From the IMG/VR virus record IMGVR_UViG_3300044799_000031, positions 1 to 51,141 of that record: a stretch of DNA of 51,141 nt; one strand, 5' to 3'. The stretch comes from a virus (taxonomy: Duplodnaviria; Caudoviricetes). Positions 25,371-34,546 of the stretch are shown here, piece by piece; the first letter of the stretch is position 1; each line of letters begins with the position of its first letter. A program made the position numbers and the translations under genes. A model generated the notes under the pieces. It saw nothing but the letters and a program-made list of their open reading frames with translations, did not search any database and was not told the origin of the DNA.

Positions 25371-27880
25371 TCACCGCTGAAAGCACGATGGTCTCTAAGG
25401 ACGGCCAGATGATACCATGCGTCGTCCTAATAGGGAGGGACAAGGAAGGCAAAAGATTAAAATGGAGAACGTCATTCTATCCCTTCTGTTTCCTTAGAGA
25501 GGAGGACTTCATCAGGTTATCCGGAGACCAGAGTTTCCATCTTAAGAGTGTCATGAGAGACTACGAAGGAACCAGTGGAAGGAGTCTGGGTAAGAGGGTC
25601 ATGACGAAGGTCTACTTCAATACGAGCAAGGACTTGACCAACTTTGACCATCTGGTTCGAAAGTGGGGAAAAGTCCATCTAGGTGAACCTATTTACACCT
25701 ATGAGTCAGACTTGTCCAGCGCCGCTTTACTCGCCTTGAGGTACCTGATTGACAAAGAGATTAAAGTTGGTCTCGAAATATCCGATTCAGGTGAAGTCAA
25801 CCCCATAGAGGTTGACTGGTTAAATCTGCGGAAATGGTATCTAGACCTTGAAACCTATTCGACTAAACAAGGATCCTTCTCCTCCAGTCGTGATCTTCCA
25901 ATCATCATGTTCTCGTTCTGGGACTCCTTTGATTGTGGTCTGTACACTCTTTATGTCAAGAATCCGAAATGGCCTAAACCGCCTCGCTTTAAATCAATGT
26001 TCAAGAACCACTGGATTAAAGGGTTCGAGACGGAAGGAGAAATGCTCGGTTTTCTAGTCGACAAGGTTGAGTCAATGGACCCCGACCTCTTCACGGCGTG
26101 GAACCTCGACCGTTTCGACATGGTTCAATGGGTCAAGAGAATGGACAAGTATGAACCCTTAAGTCCCAAACTATTGAGTCCGTTCAGAAGTTTTTCCAGA
26201 CAGAAACTTCCGTTCCGAATTAAAGGGAGAATATGTTTTGACTTGATGAAGGCGTTCAAGAGGTTCACCGATGCCGAGATGGTGTCTTACTCTCTATTGT
26301 ACGTCGTCCAAAATGAGAATTTAAAATCCTTTATACCCTTGGAGAAGATTCCGTTCAAGGGTTCTCCGGCGGAAACATGGGACAAATATCCTGAAGTAGT
26401 CTTTAAGAGGAACGTTAACGATGTTCTAATCATTAAGGCGTTAGACGAGAAACACGACTTAATTGGGATGTTCGATGACCTTCGCCGGGAATTTGGTGCT
26501 CTCTTCCATGAGGTTCTTATGAACTACCGAGTTTTGGATACGGCACTTATGAGGTTTATTAGAGGAAGGATTATACTAGGAACCAGTCGTCATGACAAGG
26601 GTGAGAAGAAAAGTTCCTATCTAGGTGCCATAGTCATCGATCCTGTACCGGGAACCTACGAATTTCTTGCTGCTTTTGACTTCAACCGGGAGTATCCGAA
26701 CATTATTGATTCGTTTAACATTGGACCCGAAACATATCGGGATGAGACGTATAAGGGTCCGTGCTTCACAATCAAATATAAGGACTTTATCTATAAGTTT
26801 GTTAAGACGCCAAAGAGTCTTATAGCCCAATTGATTGAGTCTTTCTTTAGGAAGAGAGACGAGTACGAGAAGGAATATGATAAGGCGATCACGACCGGGG
26901 ACAAGAATGAGATCCACAAGTGGTGGAGAAGGGTCTTCAATATCAAGAAGATGACGAATGCCATCTATGGAGTCATGGACTTCTCGAGTTTCCGTCTGCA
27001 TAGAAAGGAATGTTCGGCGGCGACCGTTGTCATCGCCAGAATTGCCATCGAACATCTCGCTAAAAAGGCGAAGGAAATTGGGTACAAGATTCTCTATGGC
27101 GACACCGACAGCATCTTCGTCCCAATGAAGTCGAGAGACAGAGAAGAATCTGTCCAAGAAGGTCAGAAACTTGCAGTATACTTTAACGAGGTACTCTCTA
27201 GATTTTTCATTGACGAATACGGCATAGAAAAGGCGCCCAGCAACTTGGGTTTAAAGAAGGTTTATGGAAAGTTTCTCCTTGTCGCCAAGAAGTTCTATGC
27301 CGGAAAGTATTTCTGGGATGAGAAGAAAGGGTATAAGGAGGACTTCGATTTCAAAGGTCTAGAAGTCATACGAAGCGACAGCAGTGATGTTGAGAGGTCC
27401 ACTCTTGAGACGATGGTCAAGATGATTCTGTCGGGCGAGAAAGGTTCCATCATTCAGGACTTCTGGAGAGGAGTCACGGAAAAGTTTAATATGAGATTCT
27501 ACGGTTATCTAGACGTGTCATATCCTCTTCAGATTAAACATAAATTTACTTTTTACAATCAGGAACCAGAGAAAAAGCAACATCTACCTTCCCACATCAG
27601 ATCCGCATTGTATTCCAATAAGTTTCTCAACACCGACTTCGGTCCCGGAGATAAACCGAGGCGTCTACCGGTTAAGAGTAAGAAGGTATGGGATCTTGAA
27701 TTCAAAGGGAAGATTCTCCATTTGGAATTGAAGGATGTCTCCGTGACTGAAGATATGGTTCTCCCGGATTGGATACTTAAATCCGTGGACTGGAGTCGAA
27801 TCTATAATCGACTAGCCGAGAAAGTCCACAAGATCCTTCAATTAATCAATGTGCAGTCGAGTCTGGAGGCGTTTAAGTGA
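25361..27880 (+). CDS. polB: Family B DNA polymerase with 3'-5' exonuclease and C-terminal PIP box
   Basis: YLDLET, WNLDRFD, DFNREYPNII, KKMTNAIYG, YGDTDS, KGLEVIRSD; terminal QSSLEAF. Confidence 0.96.
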   Translation: MALVTAESTMVSKDGQMIPCVVLIGRDKEGKRLKWRTSFYPFCFLREEDFIRLSGDQSFHLKSVMRDYEGTSGRSLGKRVMTKVYFNTSKDLTNFDHLVRKWGKVHLGEPIYTYESDLSSAALLALRYLIDKEIKVGLEISDSGEVNPIEVDWLNLRKWYLDLETYSTKQGSFSSSRDLPIIMFSFWDSFDCGLYTLYVKNPKWPKPPRFKSMFKNHWIKGFETEGEMLGFLVDKVESMDPDLFTAWNLDRFDMVQWVKRMDKYEPLSPKLLSPFRSFSRQKLPFRIKGRICFDLMKAFKRFTDAEMVSYSLLYVVQNENLKSFIPLEKIPFKGSPAETWDKYPEVVFKRNVNDVLIIKALDEKHDLIGMFDDLRREFGALFHEVLMNYRVLDTALMRFIRGRIILGTSRHDKGEKKSSYLGAIVIDPVPGTYEFLAAFDFNREYPNIIDSFNIGPETYRDETYKGPCFTIKYKDFIYKFVKTPKSLIAQLIESFFRKRDEYEKEYDKAITTGDKNEIHKWWRRVFNIKKMTNAIYGVMDFSSFRLHRKECSAATVVIARIAIEHLAKKAKEIGYKILYGDTDSIFVPMKSRDREESVQEGQKLAVYFNEVLSRFFIDEYGIEKAPSNLGLKKVYGKFLLVAKKFYAGKYFWDEKKGYKEDFDFKGLEVIRSDSSDVERSTLETMVKMILSGEKGSIIQDFWRGVTEKFNMRFYGYLDVSYPLQIKHKFTFYNQEPEKKQHLPSHIRSALYSNKFLNTDFGPGDKPRRLPVKSKKVWDLEFKGKILHLELKDVSVTEDMVLPDWILKSVDWSRIYNRLAEKVHKILQLINVQSSLEAFK

Positions 27881-28227
27881 AATGGTCGCCAAGAGAGGTA
27901 GCGATCCTTTATCTTCACTATTCGACAAAATCGTGGTCGCAAATCCTGTCGATGCTTCCCGGAAGGAACCAGAAAGATGTGTCATGCAAAGCCGTACGCA
28001 TGGGTCTCAAGAGGTCCGAGTACAATACCTCTCAGGGAATGTACTTCTTGTTCGCCTTCTGTTCGAGGCATGGCAGAATACCCCGAGAAGAAATCGTCTG
28101 GAGAGGGAAGAAAAATCAAATACCCTACTGTCCGAGACCATACTGCACGACGAGACTCCGTCTAAAACCGAGAAGCAGCAGATTAAGGAGAAGATACCGA
28201 AACATGGATAAGGTGAAGGGTTTCTAA
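27877..28227 (+). CDS. Myb/SANT-like HTH plus Zn-binding protein
   Basis: KWSPREVAIL...LPGRNQKDVSCKAVRMGL; CSRH..CPRPYC. Confidence 0.6.
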   Translation: MKWSPREVAILYLHYSTKSWSQILSMLPGRNQKDVSCKAVRMGLKRSEYNTSQGMYFLFAFCSRHGRIPREEIVWRGKKNQIPYCPRPYCTTRLRLKPRSSRLRRRYRNMDKVKGF

Positions 28228-28658
28228 TGACCAAGTTAAGCGAGAGGAAAGAGTACGAGATAAGGACCAAGAAGAAGAAGATAATCGAGGCCATAAGAAA
28301 TGCCATCGACAGTATTCAGTCGAAGATGGATCGTGGAGAGATTCTTAGAGACGAGGATCTACGATTCCTAAAGACCGTGTTTAAGGAGTGGCCAGCACTC
28401 GAAGAGAGTATTGTCGAGGAGAAGAAACCTGATCTTCCAGAAGGAACATTAAAGATCTTCGTCGAGAGATTCTGGAAGTTGAGTAAAATTGCTCCATTGG
28501 AAGAAGTACTCAAGGATGGAGGTTACTTCAGGTGCGATGTATGCAATGAAATACATCCAACTGGACGATCCTGTATGTATGATGAATATCGGGAGAAGCA
28601 CGAACCAAAAGAACTGGACATGAACGTGGAGGTAAAAGAGTATGAAGGTGACCCTTGA
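28227..28658 (+). CDS. Hypothetical protein with Zn-binding motif
   Basis: CDVCNEIH..SC. Confidence 0.6.
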   Translation: MTKLSERKEYEIRTKKKKIIEAIRNAIDSIQSKMDRGEILRDEDLRFLKTVFKEWPALEESIVEEKKPDLPEGTLKIFVERFWKLSKIAPLEEVLKDGGYFRCDVCNEIHPTGRSCMYDEYREKHEPKELDMNVEVKEYEGDP

Positions 28659-28995
28659 CTTAATGAAGTTCTTCCAATTGTCCGGAGCGGAGAAGAGGCC
28701 AGTCTTCTTCTATATGAATGGTCTCTACGCCAATGGTATCATCTGGTCTAGACGGAGAAGTTTCATATCCATTGCCCATGAGGTCGAGCACGGCATACTC
28801 AAAAAACCTTACGAATGGAATATGAATGCTTCTGTCATTCTGATGTTCGATTTTTTCAATGACGTTCTCGATTTTATCAACGGAATCCTTCGATATAAGG
28901 CGTGGCGTAAAAATGTCCACGATTGTCTGGGTGACGTAAAATTGACTTGGAGCGACTGGCTTGACTGGATCTTATGCAGGGACCCTGGAGAGTAG
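28642..28995 (+). CDS. Putative zincin-like metalloprotein
   Basis: IAHEVEH (HExxH). Confidence 0.45.
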   Translation: MKVTLDLMKFFQLSGAEKRPVFFYMNGLYANGIIWSRRRSFISIAHEVEHGILKKPYEWNMNASVILMFDFFNDVLDFINGILRYKAWRKNVHDCLGDVKLTWSDWLDWILCRDPGE

Positions 28996-28998
28996 ATT

Positions 28999-29190
28999 AT
29001 GACGACCATTAGTTTCGTTATGCCGGCCGCCGGTCATTGGATCCACGGCGCAGAAATTGCTGGTTTAGACTGCTTGTGGTTCTACGAACCGGGAAGCGTG
29101 GAGAAGAAGACTATTAGAGCAAACTTCCCAAAATTAAGGACTACTTTTCTCGGAATCCCTCAGAGACCCTCGTCTCATAGATCATTTTAA
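28999..29190 (+). pseudogene. Truncated paralog of the N-terminus of the 36100 methyltransferase-like gene
   Basis: ISFVMPAAGHW..LWFYEP..IRANFP versus IGFVYGVAGHW..VWHHEP..FKVNFP; ends before any PC motif. Confidence 0.65.
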
Positions 29191-29728
29191 TCTATTTTTT
29201 CTCGTCTAGACTATAGAGAGGTCTTTAGAATATAGGGTTCGTCCTTGGATGAGTCCCCCAGATGGTCGCGCAGGGTGCTCTAGAGCAGTTATCACTTAAG
29301 CATAACCGTTTGTTGCACGCTCACTATAGGCAGTCGCTCTCCGTTTAACTAGAAAGTTCAACTGGGTGATCCTGATCCTCAACATCGTGTAACTGATGGT
29401 TGTCACTTGCATGGTCAAGGTTTATATTGTGCCTTTGTGAGCGAGTCCTCAAGTGACACTGGAGCGGGATCATGTCAACCTCAAGAATTCTCTCAAGTTG
29501 CACCGACGACGACAATTTATACTCGAGCGACACCAGACGTTTTTTTCGTGGACGACCTGCACAGTAGAATCTCCAGAAGGTTCCGAGGTTGAATTATTAG
29601 TCTTCGTCTATACGGGGGACCAATTTTTGAGGTTCATGTTGAAGTCTTTACGTACACAGGAACCTCTTTTGGTGACTTCAACCTCGTATACTTTTATTTT
29701 CTCCGTCGTTCAGGACAATTTATTGATT
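29191..29728. other. Largest non-coding region, rich in inverted repeats (ncRNA or origin candidate)
   Basis: No convincing ORF; several 7-10 bp nested stems and a 12-bp palindrome. Confidence 0.45.
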
Positions 29729-29750
29729 TCAACGTTTAAATAATGGTTGA
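29729..29750 (+). promoter_or_regulatory. TATA box within an inverted repeat, upstream of 29792
   Basis: TCAAC-GTTTAAATAATG-GTTGA. Confidence 0.5.
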
Positions 29751-29791
29751 GCATTAGGTTAGATTAGAAAAGATTGGAGGTTGAATAAATA

Positions 29792-30019
29792 ATGTTCAAG
29801 AAAGTGGAAGATACTCCAGATGTTAAGCATGCGAACTCTTTATCCGCAAGACTTGCAAAGGAAATCAATACATTACCTAAGGGGACGTACAAAATTGATT
29901 TGAAAGATTCCGGTTACGGTTCGCTTCTCTCGTTGAGAAACAATCTGGCAAAACTCCAAAAGAGTCTTTCTATAAAAGTCCACAGCAGACACGATGAAGT
30001 CTACGTTGAAAAACTATAG
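29792..30019 (+). CDS. Small basic protein
   Basis: GGAGG RBS and its own TATA box. Confidence 0.65.
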   Translation: MFKKVEDTPDVKHANSLSARLAKEINTLPKGTYKIDLKDSGYGSLLSLRNNLAKLQKSLSIKVHSRHDEVYVEKL

Positions 30020-30077
30020 AGGACCGCAACTTTCAAAGGATTTCCTTTAAATATTTGAAGGACCTTCTAGGCGTCAG

Positions 30078-32000
30078 GTGTTTGGTTTGAAGAAGGACGA
30101 ACTATTCTTCAGGAACATTCTTCAAGCGATGGACCCTGACTTTTCTGATTATATGTTTGGGAAGGACTACAAACTTCTAGAAGTCGATGGCATAACGAAG
30201 ATTAATCCCTTCAAATTTAGGAAGGACTATTGGAGTATGCCGTCCGATCAAGTAACCATCAATCCAAATGCGAATCTCGGGAATACTGGGGACCGTAAAA
30301 ACTTTTGTAATCTCATCAGCGAAGTCTCTGCTCCTGTCAATAAATTATCGGCGTTGATGCTTATACGAAAATATGGTAACAGGAGAGGCAACAATCATGA
30401 TGGCGATGATCTTGTCGAGAATATTGTCAATGGCGCTTTGTACCATCATAATCTCACCCTCTACGATCTTCCGTACTGTATTGGTCTTTCCCTCTATCCT
30501 ATCATTAGCGAAGGTCTCTGTCTCGGCGGTCTCCTGAGCAACCCTCCTCATCGGCCAACCAGTTTTGTTAATATAGCGGTTAGATTCGTGCAGTATGCTT
30601 CAAACCATTTTGCTGGAGCGACGGCCATTACCGATTTTTTTCTCCATTATTCGTACTACACTTCTCAGAGGAAGGACTACAGCGATAAGAAACGGGAAAA
30701 CGATCTTCAAAATCTTATTCATGGATTTACCGATGAGGTGAGACTTTCTGGTCAGAGCCCGTTCACCAATCTTTCTCTTCTAAGTCCGGAGACGATGCGG
30801 AGTATGATGGGGAACTACCTTTGGGGTCTAGACACAAAGGTCTCTGATCTCATGGACGAGATTATGCATAATCAACTCATATACGCTAAATTCTTCAGTC
30901 AAGGCCAATTGGGTCCGGACAGGAAACCAACGGGTCTGCCTTACCGCTTTCCCATCACTACCTTGGTTGCTGATCCTTCCTTTGAGAAGGAGTATCCTGA
31001 AGTCTGGAATCAGATCCTTGAATCAAACATCAATCTCTGCTACCTAAACATTCTGAATAACATGCAGACAGATCTTAAGAGTCTATCCATGTGCTGCCGA
31101 CTGACTCAAAACATTGAGGACCTTCTTAAATTGAATGTAAACAACACCTTTGGTTCGTACCTCTCAATCGGTTCACACGCCGTTGTATCTTTGAATCTTC
31201 CTCGGATCGCTCATGAAACAAAGGACGAAGATAAATTTATGGAGATCCTCGTGGAACGATGCGAAATGGCGCGCAAACTCCTTCTCATACATAGAGAGGA
31301 AATTCTCCAGAATAGAAGACTCAAATACCATTGGTTCTTCAAGACGAAGAAACTCGATCTCAAAGCCAATTTCTTCTCTACTATAGGGTTCATTGGCTTG
31401 GCGAATGCTCTAGAAATTCTGGGAATGAGAGTTACAGAGGTGTCCGGAGGCCTTAAATTTGCCAAGAAGGTTCTTCAAGTCCTTAAAAACAAGTCCGTGG
31501 AGTATTCTCGGGAAGATGGTTACATGTACAACATCGAGGAGGTTCCAGCGGAAGGCGCCTCTGGTGTGTTGGCGCTCAAGGACAAAATGCTTTATAATGG
31601 GACGCATGATTATTATGACAATCAGTTTGTTCCTCTCTCATACGACATCAGTTTGTTGGACAGGATACTCATTGAGGGAGAACTACAGTCCTACTGTACC
31701 GGAGGTTCTATTGCTCATCTCAACGTCGACTCTATGATGGAGGCCAGATCCGGCGTGGACTTTACGGAGAGACTCCTCAAGATAAGTAAGTTGGTTCACT
31801 TCGCCCTGAACAAGGGTTTCACAGTATGCAGTAGCGGTCATGTTGTCCAGGGCATCTATCAGAAGTGCAAAGAATGCGGTAGCGAAGACGTGGATCACGT
31901 CACCCGGATAGTTGGTTACTTCGCTCCAACCAGTTCTTGGAACCGAGCAAAGCAAGCGGAGTTTAAAACCCGAACATGGATGAAATTCACTCATGTCTAA
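30078..32000 (+). CDS. nrdD: Class III (anaerobic) ribonucleotide reductase, no ATP cone
   Basis: QSPFTNL, SMCCRL, SLNLPRIA, EEVPAE, TGGSIAH, Zn ribbon, glycyl-radical loop TRIVGYF..WN..KQAEF. Confidence 0.95.
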   Translation: MFGLKKDELFFRNILQAMDPDFSDYMFGKDYKLLEVDGITKINPFKFRKDYWSMPSDQVTINPNANLGNTGDRKNFCNLISEVSAPVNKLSALMLIRKYGNRRGNNHDGDDLVENIVNGALYHHNLTLYDLPYCIGLSLYPIISEGLCLGGLLSNPPHRPTSFVNIAVRFVQYASNHFAGATAITDFFLHYSYYTSQRKDYSDKKRENDLQNLIHGFTDEVRLSGQSPFTNLSLLSPETMRSMMGNYLWGLDTKVSDLMDEIMHNQLIYAKFFSQGQLGPDRKPTGLPYRFPITTLVADPSFEKEYPEVWNQILESNINLCYLNILNNMQTDLKSLSMCCRLTQNIEDLLKLNVNNTFGSYLSIGSHAVVSLNLPRIAHETKDEDKFMEILVERCEMARKLLLIHREEILQNRRLKYHWFFKTKKLDLKANFFSTIGFIGLANALEILGMRVTEVSGGLKFAKKVLQVLKNKSVEYSREDGYMYNIEEVPAEGASGVLALKDKMLYNGTHDYYDNQFVPLSYDISLLDRILIEGELQSYCTGGSIAHLNVDSMMEARSGVDFTERLLKISKLVHFALNKGFTVCSSGHVVQGIYQKCKECGSEDVDHVTRIVGYFAPTSSWNRAKQAEFKTRTWMKFTHV

Positions 32001-32550
32001 ACGACCATTTACAGAATGCTCGAACAAGCGGAAGGATCTCGACGACTTGTACATTACTCCGGAGTCCTGCATCCTGCCTCTCCTCAAGATAGAGAAGTTT
32101 GAAGGCAAAGGATGGGAACCGGCCTCGGGAACCGGTGCTATAGCGAAACACTTTCCAGGGATTATGGCATCCGACATAAAGACCGATGATTTTGTCTATG
32201 GTTATAAGGGCATAGACTTTCTCTGGAAGGTTCATACTCCTAGAGAGGAAGTCGACTTCATAGTTACGAACCCTCCTTTCAAATTGGCTCTAGCCTTTTT
32301 GAAACAGAGTCTCGCTTTTTCTCGGTTCAAGGTCGCCTTGTTCCTGAGGATCCAGTTTATGACCGGGAAAGAGAGAGTCGAGTTTCTCCGGAAGAACCCT
32401 CCTATCAGAATCCATGTCTTTGTCGGCCGTCCTTCCTGTCTAAATCTGGAAGGCAAGACTCTTGGGACGGGCATGAATTTTGCGTGGTTCATCTGGGAGA
32501 AAGGGTTCAAGGGAAAACCGACAATCGATTGGCTCGACGAGGAAGTTTAA
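31993..32550 (+). CDS. DNA amino-methyltransferase (N6-adenine/N4-cytosine type)
   Basis: DLYITP, WEPASGTG, IVTNPPF, FAWFIW. Confidence 0.88.
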   Translation: MSKRPFTECSNKRKDLDDLYITPESCILPLLKIEKFEGKGWEPASGTGAIAKHFPGIMASDIKTDDFVYGYKGIDFLWKVHTPREEVDFIVTNPPFKLALAFLKQSLAFSRFKVALFLRIQFMTGKERVEFLRKNPPIRIHVFVGRPSCLNLEGKTLGTGMNFAWFIWEKGFKGKPTIDWLDEEV

Positions 32551-32578
32551 CTCTCAAGGGACGCAAAGTGGGGTAAGG

Positions 32579-32625
32579 TTTATAAGCGGAGTATAGGGTT
32601 ATAGAGTATGGGTGTTTGGAAGATG
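32579..32625 (+). promoter_or_regulatory. Conserved viral promoter/leader, copy 2
   Basis: TTTATAA-GCGGAGTATAGGGTT..GGGTGTTTGG..ATG. Confidence 0.7.
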
Positions 32626-34224
32626 CAAGAGAAAATATTTAAGGTTGAAGGTTCTGACAAGAGGAAGCAATTTGCCGAGGAAGAATTGGATGAGGCCCAG
32701 AAGGCACATGGTTCCGATGTGGAGTACTTCTCACCGGAAACAGGATTTGCTCTCTTGAGCAAGGACGCTCCAATCAAATACCACATGTCGTTTGTCCGGC
32801 GTGCTTTATCCGCTGCTAGACTCAGTCTCAAGACTCCTCTCGAACTGAGGGAGTTTTACTATGCTATGCGCCAGAATCCGGATCTGGTCAAACCATTTGA
32901 CACGGGCAATCCCGACACAATCTATCCGAACGTGTTGAGGTCCATTATGGACGTTGAGATTTTATGTGATGTGGACCGCGACGTCTTCACGATTGGGAAC
33001 CTAAGCAAAGGTTTTATTTACTATTATCATTCGCCAGTCTTTGGCCAGAAGGAGCGCAAGATCGCCTTTACCGAGGTCATCGCCAGAACAATTATGTCTC
33101 CGGAGAAAGAAGAGGAATGGCAATGTGGCAACTGCGAGAACATCATTGTCGTGGAGAAGAACGCGGCGGCAACGAGGATGGTTGAACTCGGCATCTCAGA
33201 ATTTACTAACAGCATTATAGTCACGGTCGGTGGAAACTTTAGTCGAGCAATCTGGGAACTGACGGATCGTTTCAAAGACAAGAAGAACATGATATTCATG
33301 GCGGATGCTGATGCCTATGGCGTGGACATGCTTCGCACGATAAGGGTGGGCACCGAGTCGAGTAGACATCTACCGTACAAGTTCCCTCCCGAGATCTTCC
33401 CTAAGATATTCTTGGCCGGACTTTATCCTTCCATTGGTGAGGATTTAAATCTGCCGAACGATGTCGAGCAGAAGAGGCCACTTCAAAATCCCTTTGTTCA
33501 GCAAAGAATTGCTTTCTTGAGAAAATATGGTTTACTCAACGCGAAGGACGAGCAAACATGGAAGAATGACAAGACATACGAGTTGGAAGCCCTATCAACC
33601 TCGTTCACAGATGAGGCAGGTAAACCAATTGGCCTAGGCATCTATATCGTTGAGTATATGCGCTTGCACAACATACCTGTCAAGCCGCCAATCCCTCCGG
33701 ATGATGAATTGGAAAAAGAATTTCATGACGCCGCTATTGCAGAACTTAGGAGAGAAATTGATGAGAAGGTTACTTATCCGAAATTCTTCTGGGATCTTTA
33801 TCACCTGTTCACAGAGAAGAAGGAGGAACTAATCGGGGAGATTCTGGAGAAACTTCTTCCCGCCTACGAGAAATGTTTGGAGAGAGTAACCGCTAAGGAG
33901 ATCAAATTTCATATATACAAGCAATTCGAAGCGGATCCTAAACGAAGTACTTACGACTTAGCCGCGATCGCTCATAAACTTAAGACTAAATTTGACGTAA
34001 TAATAGATTGGGCAATGCAGGCGTTCGAGATAGCGATGGATGAAGCACTAATCGAGTATGATAAACCGTCCGCCAATACTGATGAAGTGGAGTTTACTCC
34101 AATTCATAATGAGACCAACTATGATCCGAATGGGTACGACCTCATACTCAAGAGGATGGGTGCCAAAGACGAGGACGTTGCTAGAGTGAGAGAAGCCCTC
34201 AAGAATCGGTTCGGGATGGAGTAA
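32623..34224 (+). CDS. top6A: Topoisomerase VI subunit A / Spo11-like protein with C-terminal extension
   Basis: LREFYY (catalytic Tyr motif), Toprim VVEKNA, VTVGGN, ADADAYG, ELEAL. Confidence 0.85.
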   Translation: MQEKIFKVEGSDKRKQFAEEELDEAQKAHGSDVEYFSPETGFALLSKDAPIKYHMSFVRRALSAARLSLKTPLELREFYYAMRQNPDLVKPFDTGNPDTIYPNVLRSIMDVEILCDVDRDVFTIGNLSKGFIYYYHSPVFGQKERKIAFTEVIARTIMSPEKEEEWQCGNCENIIVVEKNAAATRMVELGISEFTNSIIVTVGGNFSRAIWELTDRFKDKKNMIFMADADAYGVDMLRTIRVGTESSRHLPYKFPPEIFPKIFLAGLYPSIGEDLNLPNDVEQKRPLQNPFVQQRIAFLRKYGLLNAKDEQTWKNDKTYELEALSTSFTDEAGKPIGLGIYIVEYMRLHNIPVKPPIPPDDELEKEFHDAAIAELRREIDEKVTYPKFFWDLYHLFTEKKEELIGEILEKLLPAYEKCLERVTAKEIKFHIYKQFEADPKRSTYDLAAIAHKLKTKFDVIIDWAMQAFEIAMDEALIEYDKPSANTDEVEFTPIHNETNYDPNGYDLILKRMGAKDEDVARVREALKNRFGME

Positions 34225-34247
34225 CTACGTGGTTTAAAAAGAGGAAA

Positions 34248-34496
34248 TTGGTCGATCCTGAAGACCTTTCTCTCCTTCAAATTATTCGTCAGTCCTCAAT
34301 GATTTTTCCAGAGAAAGATGAGAATGAAGTCCATCACTATGAGAGAGAGGATCTGATAGACTCATGGTTAGGTCCTGCACTAGTTTCAGTTGTACCGGTT
34401 CCAACTGGCATGACGTTACAAGAAGTTCTTGCCGCCATACAGGATTTAAATAGAAGGTCTCGCTGGAGAGGACCGCTTCCTAGGTACATAGAATGA
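34248..34496 (+). CDS. Hypothetical protein
   Basis: GAGG RBS; fills the gap. Confidence 0.55.
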   Translation: MVDPEDLSLLQIIRQSSMIFPEKDENEVHHYEREDLIDSWLGPALVSVVPVPTGMTLQEVLAAIQDLNRRSRWRGPLPRYIE

Positions 34497-34502
34497 GGTA
34501 GA

Positions 34503-34546
34503 TTTAAATAGTTAGGAGTACAAGGTTAACAGGGGTGTTTGGCATG
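34503..34546 (+). promoter_or_regulatory. Conserved viral promoter/leader, copy 3
   Basis: TTTAAATA..GGAGTACAAGGTT..GGGTGTTTGG.ATG. Confidence 0.65.

Noticed and set aside
29240-29400. Hammerhead ribozyme or C/D-box RNA
   Set aside because: No exact CUGANGA plus GAAA core or well-placed C and D boxes were found
29191-29728. Mini-CRISPR array (GTTGCAC at 29312 and 29497, Cas4-like gene present)
   Set aside because: Identity does not extend beyond 7 nt and there is no regular repeat-spacer period
32623-34224. Wadjet JetD defence nuclease
   Set aside because: No SMC or kleisin genes nearby, and the LREFYY motif is Top6A/Spo11-like
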